From: a virus
Lineage: Duplodnaviria > Caudoviricetes
Strand: one strand, 5' to 3'
Virus record (IMG/VR): IMGVR_UViG_3300037883_000322
Span: 1 to 34,661 of that record
DNA length: 34,661 nt
In this document: in pieces, positions 1-7,117 of the stretch
Position numbering within the stretch: the first letter of the stretch is position 1
Layout: every line of letters begins with the position of its first letter
The notes under the pieces: model-generated
Told to the model about the DNA's origin: nothing
The model's database searches: none
What the model saw: only the letters and a program-made list of their open reading frames with translations
Made by a program: the position numbers and the translations under genes

Positions 1-1065
1 ATGCTTACGATCTTTCGTCGGCACCTCACTGACTGCAAGTTCAAAACGCGCAAGCATAAGAACTGTCAGTGTCCCATCTGGGCGCAAGGGGTGTTGCACG
101 GAAGGAAAATCCGGCGCTCTCTTGATCTCAGAAGTTGGGATGCCGCTCAAAAACTCGTCCGCGACTGGGAAGCGAGTCCCCAGGGCGGCGGTCTAACCGT
201 TAACTCTGCGTGTGAGAAATTTCTCTCGGACGCGGTGGCCCGCAAGCTGAGCGAGGGGACACTCAAGAAAATCAACCATCTCCTTGATGAACTGAAACGT
301 GAACTCGGAACGGTTTCTCTCCGCTCGATCACGGTCGATGATGTCCGCCAGATCAGGGAAGGATGGAAGCTGGCCCCGCTCACGACTCAAAAGCGCCTGG
401 AGATGCTGAGAACTTTCTTCCGGTTCTGCGTTGACTCCGGCTGGATGGACAAGAACCCGGCAACCGCGGTCAAGCTGCCGGTCGTGGATTTTGAACCGAC
501 ACTCCCCTATACCGCAGAGCAAATGGAGAAAATCTTGTGGGCGGCTGATTCCCTCCGCGAGATTCATCCCCAAATACAGGCGGGTAAGGAACGGAAGATC
601 AGGGCGCTTATTCTCGTCATGCGGTATTCGGGAATCCGAATCTCTGATGCCGTGATCCTCACGCGGGAGAAGATCAAAGACAACAAGATTTTCCTACGCA
701 AACAAACGAAAACCAGTCATCCGGTGTGGGTGCCGGTTCCGAAAGAGGTTACTGAAATCTTGACCGAGATCGACACAGGGCGAACGTATTACTTCTGGTC
801 GGGATTCGGGAAAATCAAAACCTGCATCACGCAATGGCAAGAAGACTTGAAGAAAGTGTTTGTGATCGCCGGGATACCGGACGGCCACTCGCACCGATTC
901 AGGGATTCTTTCGCTGTGTCACTTCTCGAAAAAGGGGTTCCCCTCGAAACCGTTGCGGCGCTCCTCGGACACAAAAATATCCTCGTCACTCAGAGGCATT
1001 ACAACCCTTGGGTGATGTCGAGACAGTTAGCTTTAGAAGCAGCAGTAACGGCAGCTCTCGGATGA
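1..1065 (+). CDS. int: Tyrosine recombinase / phage integrase
   Basis: Catalytic motifs YSGIRISD (R), KQTKT (K), HSHRFRD (HxxR), LLGH, RHY; N-terminal H-x3-C...C-x-C segment. Confidence 0.95.
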   Translation: MLTIFRRHLTDCKFKTRKHKNCQCPIWAQGVLHGRKIRRSLDLRSWDAAQKLVRDWEASPQGGGLTVNSACEKFLSDAVARKLSEGTLKKINHLLDELKRELGTVSLRSITVDDVRQIREGWKLAPLTTQKRLEMLRTFFRFCVDSGWMDKNPATAVKLPVVDFEPTLPYTAEQMEKILWAADSLREIHPQIQAGKERKIRALILVMRYSGIRISDAVILTREKIKDNKIFLRKQTKTSHPVWVPVPKEVTEILTEIDTGRTYYFWSGFGKIKTCITQWQEDLKKVFVIAGIPDGHSHRFRDSFAVSLLEKGVPLETVAALLGHKNILVTQRHYNPWVMSRQLALEAAVTAALG

Positions 1066-1079
1066 GGCTGCCGTTTTTT
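1047..1079 (+). terminator. Intrinsic terminator of int
   Basis: AACGGCAGC/GCTGCCGTT stem spanning the stop codon, followed by a T run. Confidence 0.75.
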
Positions 1080-1088
1080 ACATTTTGA

Positions 1089-1208
1089 TTAGTCGTCGCG
1101 CTTCAACTCCTTCCGCACGTGCCGGTACAGCCACGTAAGAAGAATCACTATGTAAGAAGTGTGAAGGGCGTATAGCTCTATCGTGAAGAAGACTTCGAGG
1201 CCATGCAC
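1089..1208 (-). CDS. 39-aa single-TM peptide, type I toxin-like (paralogue A)
   Basis: GGAGG (1213-1217) 4 nt before GTG; MHGLEVFFTIELYALHTSYIVILLTWLYRHVRKELKRDD; hydrophobic core with charged C-terminus; aligns with 2435-2599. Confidence 0.65.
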   Translation of the reverse strand: MHGLEVFFTIELYALHTSYIVILLTWLYRHVRKELKRDD

Positions 1209-1319
1209 AGCACCTCCGTGAGGACGACTTTTCTGTCCTGGGGCTCTCTTTGAGGGGAGGAGCCCCGCACTCAACCCTATAGCGAATCTTTGGAGTCACC
1301 CAATAAATAAAAGGTAAAC

Positions 1320-1445
1320 CTGCCTATTAACAGCGCCTATTTACAGCTTTTCTATTTGTCTTAAAACTCTTCTTATCTTTAGATCGTTAGAAACTGATAG
1401 CTTTCACATCTTAAAAATCTTTCTTATCAGTTTACGAATAGGCAG
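1320..1445. repeat. AT-rich region with nested direct and inverted repeats
   Basis: CTGCCTATT...AATAGGCAG inverted repeat, GCCTATT(A/T)ACAGC tandem, TCTTAAAA..TTCTTATC x2, AAACTGATA/TATCAGTTT inverted repeat. Confidence 0.6.
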
Positions 1446-1499
1446 CGGGTCACTCCAGAACCGCTTGAGAAGAAACATATCAGATTTGCTACCCGTTGT

Positions 1500-1652
1500 T
1501 CAACGGTTTTTTTGCCGCGCCGGTGCATAAATACTCTGCCGCTCATTCAGCCGATTTTGATTCAGTTTCTTGCAGTCAAAACAGGTCGCCGATTTTACCC
1601 GGATATTCCTTTCAACCGGCTCTCCGCACTTGGAACAAGGGACTATAAACAT
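1500..1652 (-). CDS. 50-aa Zn-ribbon microprotein (CxxC...CxxC)
   Basis: Manual translation MFIVPCSKCGEPVERNIRVKSATCFDCKKLNQNRLNERQSIYAPARQKNR. Confidence 0.6.
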   Translation of the reverse strand: MFIVPCSKCGEPVERNIRVKSATCFDCKKLNQNRLNERQSIYAPARQKNR

Positions 1653-1905
1653 TTTCTTTTTGCAATCAGTAAAAATTTAGTGGCGGCGATTTTATTTTCA
1701 TTCACTAAAAAAGGTAGCGGACGGCGTTTTATCCTTACGTCCGAGTGGAATTCATCACAGGGAACCGCTGGCTACCTTTCTTAAAGAACGATGTGGCTCA
1801 TTTCTCCTCGGTTCAAATCAACGATGGGACAAGAAGGGTTTAAGAGCCGTTGAGGTTCCTGATTTTTTAGCGGCGAAATCCGTTTTTTTATTCGCTCTCT
1901 GAATT

Positions 1906-2045
1906 CTGTGCGGTAGGGATTTGTTCCGTCGGACTTAAACCGACGCGGATATAGTCACCCTACATGAGATTACGTATCTAGTCCCTCATTGCAGGCGATG
2001 TAACTCCTGCTTTTTTTGAGCGTCTACCTTTTCCGCCACGCACAG
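1906..2045 (-). ncRNA. tRNA-like RNA (tRNA-Leu-type D arm, non-canonical anticodon arm, T-loop insertion)
   Basis: 7-bp acceptor stem CTGTGCG/CGCACAG, D arm GTGGCGGAAAAGGTAGACGC, GCAGG/CCTGC arm, ATGAG/CTCAT variable arm, GTAGGG/CCCTAC T stem; no encoded CCA. Confidence 0.7.
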
Positions 2046-2235
2046 AAATCAAAGAACGAAATTGTCGGGCCGCTTCACTTCCCGCTCTCCGCTGGTGCTC
2101 GTATATGAGGCCAGGGGTTCGCCGTCTACGCCGGGGAGTGACGTAGATCGCGCCGCTCGGTTCATCAACTGAGGGAACCTCGATATGCAGTCGAGATCGC
2201 TTCGGGATACCAAGTCCGAGCTATTAATGGCAACC

Positions 2236-2366
2236 ATCGGGAGGTAAATCGCTCGGTCAGCCACCTTCCCCGATAGAAAAAAACCCTTTGACCGAGGCGC
2301 TTGGGGGATTGCTCCCTTGCACGCTCCCGTCAAAAGGTTTCTTTCATGGGAGCGGTCATCTCGGTC
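2236..2366 (-). ncRNA. c4/CI-like antisense RNA hairpin with upstream and downstream target sites
   Basis: 12-bp stem 2281-2292/2329-2340 carrying GGGAGCG and CTCGGTC; complementary GACCGAG..CTCCC sites at 2348-2366 and 2239-2259. Confidence 0.6.
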
Positions 2367-2386
2367 GTCTCCTTCGAGACACTTTC

Positions 2387-2430
2387 AGTTTATGAAAGCT
2401 CCGTGAAAGTGCAAGGGGGAGTTATCCCCA
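2387..2430 (-). promoter_or_regulatory. Leftward promoter TTGCAC-N16-TAAACT with upstream DnaA-box-like TTATCCCCA
   Basis: -35 at 2409-2414, -10 at 2387-2392, box at 2422-2430. Confidence 0.55.
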
Positions 2431-2434
2431 GGAA

Positions 2435-2599
2435 TCATGGCGAGTGAAAGAACTCCCAGATACGCTTGATCGCGGGGCGAAGCTCTTTAATGGCAAAGTC
2501 GAGTAGAAGGACGATGACAACGACGGTGGTGATCGTTTCAAAGGCGTAGAGTTTGAGGGCGGTGAGGAATTGGGAATAATCGAAGCCGTGAAGTGACAC
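2435..2599 (-). CDS. 54-aa single-TM peptide, type I toxin-like (paralogue B)
   Basis: AGGAG 5 nt before GTG; MSLHGFDYSQFLTALKLYAFETITTVVVIVLLLDFAIKELRPAIKRIWEFFHSP; SD lies in hairpin 2602-2634. Confidence 0.7.
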   Translation of the reverse strand: MSLHGFDYSQFLTALKLYAFETITTVVVIVLLLDFAIKELRPAIKRIWEFFHSP

Positions 2600-2875
2600 A
2601 AAATCTCCTATGCTCCCGGCTCATAAGAGAGATTATGTATGTCACTACATATATTTGACCCGCCGGGTGGGTCGTAAAGTGGTTACACCTCAACGTCACC
2701 CCTGAAAGGGGTAACGACAATATCGTGAATTCTCGTATCATAACCAAAATCTTTGAAAAAGTGAATAGGAAACTTCAAAAGCCGCCCCGGTGGGTAAGCG
2801 GCACAAACAGAAGTTTGTTTCGGTTGGTCTTAGTGGGTTCGACCTGGGAGATGGTACGGGAGATCGGGCGGGGCG

Positions 2876-3106
2876 TTACTTTAAGAAAGTTAAGCCGATC
2901 TTCGTAACATATTTGTTGAGGTGGTGGACGAGTTCTTTAGCTTCGTCCTGACTTGTCCCTTTTTTCAGGTGGATGGCAAAAAGTGTCTTATCGTTTAAAA
3001 CGGAATTGGACTTCGGACCGCTTTCGAGAGTACACAAATAGAATTCGTCTCCTCCCTCGCGGTCACCAACTGTGAATCGTACGTCCATGAACTCTGCTTT
3101 GCTCAT
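2876..3106 (-). CDS. Hypothetical protein, 76 aa
   Basis: ORF 7 nt downstream of the transglycosylase; globular composition. Confidence 0.65.
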   Translation of the reverse strand: MSKAEFMDVRFTVGDREGGDEFYLCTLESGPKSNSVLNDKTLFAIHLKKGTSQDEAKELVHHLNKYVTKIGLTFLK

Positions 3107-3113
3107 GGAAATA

Positions 3114-3554
3114 TTATAAGCGGTCGAGTCCCATGAGATGCCAGCAGGTCCAATTCGAGCCGAGATTATGAGAGATTGCCCAATCTGCGAGTTTTATTGC
3201 GTCGGCGGGAAATATAGGCGATCCCTTGATACCCGATAAAGATTCCATCCAAGCCCAAGTCCCTGAACCAAGCAAGTTTGATTGGTCCCTGTTGAATTGA
3301 AGAATCCCGTCGCTGATGCGGTGGTTTGAGTCGGGTTTGCTTATATTTTTGCCGCCGCTTTCGCATGAAATCAATTTCTGAAGTGCCTCTCGATTATGAA
3401 CATGGAATGAAAGCGTGTATGCCCAATTCTTGCCCGCTAGCACGTCTAGGACGGGAGTTTGTGGGGAAACCGATATAACCCTCGGCGGGGTGAGAATGGC
3501 TGCAATTAGAACGGTTAAAGAGAAAGTTGTAAGACAAATTGAGTATTTACGCAT
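3114..3554 (-). CDS. Lytic transglycosylase / lysozyme-like protein with N-terminal membrane anchor
   Basis: ISCESGG catalytic Glu, GILQF motif, C-terminal WTCW; hydrophobic N-terminus; start moved to MRKYSICL. Confidence 0.8.
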   Translation of the reverse strand: MRKYSICLTTFSLTVLIAAILTPPRVISVSPQTPVLDVLAGKNWAYTLSFHVHNREALQKLISCESGGKNISKPDSNHRISDGILQFNRDQSNLLGSGTWAWMESLSGIKGSPIFPADAIKLADWAISHNLGSNWTCWHLMGLDRL

Positions 3555-3570
3555 TTGCTGCGGCCCTTTC

Positions 3571-3655
3571 GGGTGATTGTCGGGGAAATGAGTCGGCCCC
3601 CTTGGAAGAAAACCGATTGCCAAGCTTTCGCAGAGGCAACACCTTTGAATCACCC
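3571..3655 (-). ncRNA. Multi-branch structured leader of the transglycosylase gene
   Basis: GGGTGATT/AATCACCC closing stem enclosing TTGCC..GCGAAAGC..GGCAA and TCGGTTTT..GGGGCCGA hairpins. Confidence 0.5.
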
Positions 3656-3779
3656 TACTCAGAGCGCATTAAGGTTAAGCGTGGCAAGTTTTTAAACGGT
3701 TCGCAAGGGGAGCCTGGGGATAGTAAAATCGTGTCCTTCCTGCATTCGGGTAGAGAGATTAGCAGGGGGAAAGGAGACT

Positions 3780-4082
3780 ATGACAATCGACGTGTTTCAT
3801 CGCCTGTACACCTTCAATGTTTCACTGAACGAGGTGGTAAAAGACCTTGAGGGCATAAAGGCGACCCGCGAAGTGAGAAGTGAACCGATTGAAAAATTTC
3901 GGCTGATGGCAGAAGAGTTGAGGGCCGGAGTCAATCACCTGATAACCGAGTCGATCCATGACGAGGCGGAAGTAAATTGGGGTCGGTTTGAAAAAATGCG
4001 GCTTCTTATGGAAGAACCGCCTGATGTGCCGGAAACAAAGAACGTGGTTGAGTTGAAACCGAAAGTCAAGAAAAGAGCCTAG
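3780..4082 (+). CDS. Hypothetical helical protein, 100 aa
   Basis: Strong SD AAAGGAG; ends at the terminator hairpin. Confidence 0.75.
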   Translation: MTIDVFHRLYTFNVSLNEVVKDLEGIKATREVRSEPIEKFRLMAEELRAGVNHLITESIHDEAEVNWGRFEKMRLLMEEPPDVPETKNVVELKPKVKKRA

Positions 4083-4110
4083 AAAAAGTCCCAAGGGTAG
4101 AGCTTGGGAC
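4083..4110 (-). terminator. Intrinsic terminator between convergent genes
   Basis: GTCCCAAG/CTTGGGAC stem followed by T5 on the minus strand. Confidence 0.7.
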
Positions 4111-4173
4111 AGAAATAGTACAGGTTCGAGGTCTCACGCCTCTGTTCGTGCGGGCGGGTTCTCCCGCAACAAA

Positions 4174-4980
4174 TCAATTCCAGTTAGGAAACGGGTTTCG
4201 TGTTGATTCGCGGAAAGCGGTGATTCGGTCGCGGATTATCGAGCGGCGAGTAAAGAGCGAATCGAGCAGTTGTTTGAGGGAGTTGTCGTATTCGTGTTTG
4301 GCCCACCATTCGCGGGGAATCTGGTCGGCGGCCCAGGCGATTTGAGAGAACGACATGCTTTCGGCGAGACTGAGCGCCGGTTCAAAGTCATCCCAGCCTC
4401 TTACGTGTTCATAAACAAAATTCCTATAAAAGACTCCCTGCAAGGTGAGATCGGGGAACGTCCACTCTCCCGCGTTAAAGCAATACCCTTGGTCAATGAA
4501 CGTCGCTCGGTATTTTGTTTGGGATCGCGTCTTTGTGAAAACGGCTTGTCGTCCGTCTGCGTTTGAAAGCCATTTGTCGAGTACAAGAATGCGCGGAAAG
4601 TCAGTGAGGTTTTTTAAGTTGCGGCAAAGGTGTTCCGGCAGGTAATCGAACACCAAGTCATCGAGTGGATTGGCTACGAAGCGGATGCCGAGATGTATTC
4701 CGGGCGTGAGCGGTGAGCGAAGCCCGGCGTTCTCAACATGAAGCTCCGGGGTGTGTTGGATAAGCCATTCGCAAACGTCGAGCATGGCAACATCAGGAAC
4801 GGGTAGGCCGAGAATCTTGCCTATCTGGGACGCGATAAATTCGTTGGCGAGTACTCGCGTTGCTTGCGGGTTGTTTCTGAATTTTACGATATAGAAGTTG
4901 CCGTCCGAAGCGCGCATGAGATGTGACTGTGAGCCGCCGCGCATTCTTCGAATGTGCTGTACGGCTTCGAGTAAAGCCAT
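4174..4980 (-). CDS. HipA-like (PI3/4-kinase fold) Ser/Thr kinase
   Basis: GGSQS Gly loop, YIVKF Lys, ANE, LGLPVP, DKWLSNADGR catalytic loop, IDQG metal-binding motif; SD AGGGAG. Confidence 0.85.
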   Translation of the reverse strand: MALLEAVQHIRRMRGGSQSHLMRASDGNFYIVKFRNNPQATRVLANEFIASQIGKILGLPVPDVAMLDVCEWLIQHTPELHVENAGLRSPLTPGIHLGIRFVANPLDDLVFDYLPEHLCRNLKNLTDFPRILVLDKWLSNADGRQAVFTKTRSQTKYRATFIDQGYCFNAGEWTFPDLTLQGVFYRNFVYEHVRGWDDFEPALSLAESMSFSQIAWAADQIPREWWAKHEYDNSLKQLLDSLFTRRSIIRDRITAFRESTRNPFPNWN

Positions 4981-5021
4981 TCATGATTCTCCCTTCTTGA
5001 GTTGTTAAGTTGCATTCAGGG

Positions 5022-5095
5022 TTGAGCACCCTGCGCTGGGTTGCTTTCGCGTGGGTCGATGCACGTTACTCACAAGTCCAGCGCGGGATGTTCAA
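5022..5095 (-). ncRNA. Long branched hairpin leader upstream of the kinase
   Basis: 18-bp imperfect stem TTGAACATCCCGCGCTGG/CCAGCGCAGGGTGCTCAA enclosing CGTG/CACG and GCGAAAGC mini-hairpins. Confidence 0.55.
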
Positions 5096-5857
5096 GACTC
5101 GTAGAGGATTCCATCGGGAGCTATGAAACCGTTACCGATGGCGACGATTGGAAGGACAGTAAAGCGTTTCTCTGTGATGAAGAAGACTCCGAATCCATTG
5201 AGCCATGCGGTCGGTTTGTTTCGGTTCCACTTCGGCTTGATGTCCGCAAGGCAAGGGATTGCATAGCCGGAATGTGTTTCGCTCATTCCGAAGGGAGAAA
5301 CCTTTGTGAAGACCTGAAGGGTGTGCTTGTCGCCGTAAACGATGTTTTGGTTATAGAGTTCGACGGCTTTCTTTGCGTGATGAACTGAGCCGTATGCTCC
5401 CTTGTCGAGATCGCCGTGAACGAACAAGAGCTTGCCGAGTTTTTTGAAGTGCCGTGGTTCGATGACTTCAATATTCAATTTCATCGAAGGGAAGGCAATG
5501 GCGGGGTTCGATCATCCCTTCGAGCATGGGGAAGGTGTCGAGGAATTTATCTGCCCATTCCTCATGGTTCCCCATGAAATAAATGATCTTGCAATTCGGT
5601 CCTACGATTTTTCTGTGCCGCCTGAGAATCTTTGAGTATGCATCGTAGTCTTTTTTTAGGCGTTTGCCTTCAAGATCGCGGCGGTTCCCTGACTGCATGG
5701 CATGATGAGAAATGGCGTCCATGTCGAGGCCGTCCCCCAGGTACACGAGGAAGTCCCAACGCCTGGACGCCATATATTTCTCAAGGCTATTAAGAAGTAC
5801 AGGATTGTCATTTGGGAATTGCTGATCGGCGAGAATGAGTCCTGAAGCTGCTTTCAT
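5092..5857 (-). pseudogene. Calcineurin-like metallophosphoesterase split by a 1-nt frameshift (254 aa if repaired)
   Basis: ADQQ, LGDGLD, GNHE motifs in 5468-5857; HG and GDKH motifs in 5092-5484; removing one A at 5479-5481 fuses the two. Confidence 0.8.
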
Positions 5858-6046
5858 TTAGTGGGTAGGGTGTGTTGAGAAAAACCAGACGATAGCGGCA
5901 ACGAGGATGATGACAATAAGAATCGGGTCGATCAGGGCCGCGATGATAGCGACAATGATGATCGCCGCCAATGGGTTAGCGATGAAGAAAGCGACTATCG
6001 CGGAGAGTGCAGAGAGAATGGATTGTAAGATTTGATGCTGGCTCAT
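5858..6046 (-). CDS. Small hydrophobic membrane protein (holin/antiholin-like)
   Basis: Almost entirely hydrophobic 62 aa; abuts both neighbours. Confidence 0.7.
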   Translation of the reverse strand: MSQHQILQSILSALSAIVAFFIANPLAAIIIVAIIAALIDPILIVIILVAAIVWFFSTHPTH

Positions 6047-6232
6047 TTACTGCTTGGGGGCGTTCGGATCGTTAAGAAAGTGCTCAAGGGAACCGACAAC
6101 GCCGGTGATGATTCCTGCGATTCCAGTTGAGACGAGACCGGAACCTGCGATGTGAGTGCTTACGTAATCGAGGATGGCGAAGACTACGGCGTAGCCGATG
6201 CCGCGCAAGAAACCTTTAAGTTTTTCAGACAT
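6047..6232 (-). CDS. Holin-like 2-TM protein
   Basis: MSEKLKGFLRG... two hydrophobic helices; directly follows the peptidase. Confidence 0.7.
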   Translation of the reverse strand: MSEKLKGFLRGIGYAVVFAILDYVSTHIAGSGLVSTGIAGIITGVVGSLEHFLNDPNAPKQ

Positions 6233-6234
6233 TT

Positions 6235-7110
6235 TTATTTGTTGATTAATTGCTTTGCCCATTGAGAGAGCAGAGCGACGACCTTTTGCAGTAGAGAGAT
6301 TTGCGTTTTGAGATTAGCGACCACTTCCGGGGCAAGATCCATGAACGTCCATGCTTCCTGAAGGAAGGGGACATAATCTGGGCCGAAATATCCGTTGCCA
6401 TTTGCTCCCCATTCTGTTGACCAAGAGTTCCTGAAGTAGATTCTGTTCTGATCGTAGCCGTAAGCGAGAATTGCATGTCCAGACACAATTGACTGTGGAG
6501 GGCGTAGGGGAAGAATGTCGGCTGCATTCCACGAAACATTGCCGTTTGCATCCGTCCACCATTCAGCGCCGACTTTCACGCCCAAGAGGACAACCTTGTT
6601 CTGATAAATCGCTTGTTTGATTCCGTCAAATGAGAGATCGGTGATTGCGACATAGCTTTTTACTGTGCGCTGCTTTGCGGCATCGTAAGCGGTCGGTGGG
6701 ATGAGGGTTGCGTTTGAGTACGTTGGCGTGTCGAGGGAAATATCATTGGGGAATTGAAGGGTGTCGCATACTCCGTACTGCTGTGCCTCTTTGAATGCTT
6801 GGCGGTAGTATGTGCCATCTGCTCGGGGGATTCCGTCATCTCGTTTGCAAAGCGCATAGAGAAAACGGGGGGAGTAGTCATAGGAGTATGCTCCGTTGTC
6901 TTGGAACATCATCCCTGCGGCGGTAGCGTGGGCAATACAAGCGGGACGCTGGCCTTGCATGAGGACGGGGACATTTGAAAGATCGGTTGAATATGAATCG
7001 GGAATCGGTGCGACCGCTCCAGTAAGGTCATTGACTCTTAAGAGTGTGAAATCCCGCGCATCTTTTGGGGACGGGATGTGGCCTAAGTTTTCGAATCCGT
7101 GTGCCTCCAT
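6235..7110 (-). CDS. Papain-like (C1A) cysteine peptidase
   Basis: QGQRPACIAHA (Gln/Cys), SPRFLY, GHAILAYGY (His), RNSWSTEWG..GY (Asn); C-terminal amphipathic helix. Confidence 0.9.
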   Translation of the reverse strand: MEAHGFENLGHIPSPKDARDFTLLRVNDLTGAVAPIPDSYSTDLSNVPVLMQGQRPACIAHATAAGMMFQDNGAYSYDYSPRFLYALCKRDDGIPRADGTYYRQAFKEAQQYGVCDTLQFPNDISLDTPTYSNATLIPPTAYDAAKQRTVKSYVAITDLSFDGIKQAIYQNKVVLLGVKVGAEWWTDANGNVSWNAADILPLRPPQSIVSGHAILAYGYDQNRIYFRNSWSTEWGANGNGYFGPDYVPFLQEAWTFMDLAPEVVANLKTQISLLQKVVALLSQWAKQLINK

Positions 7111-7117
7111 TGTTTTA

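Noticed and set aside
1906-2045. Functional tRNA-Leu
   Set aside because: No 7-nt anticodon loop, an extra A7 linker, and an interrupted T-loop; kept as a tRNA-like ncRNA
1512-2907. Track ORFs 1512-1784, 2049-2333, 2538-2747 and 2725-2907
   Set aside because: No motifs or initiation signals; they overlap better-supported microproteins and RNA structures
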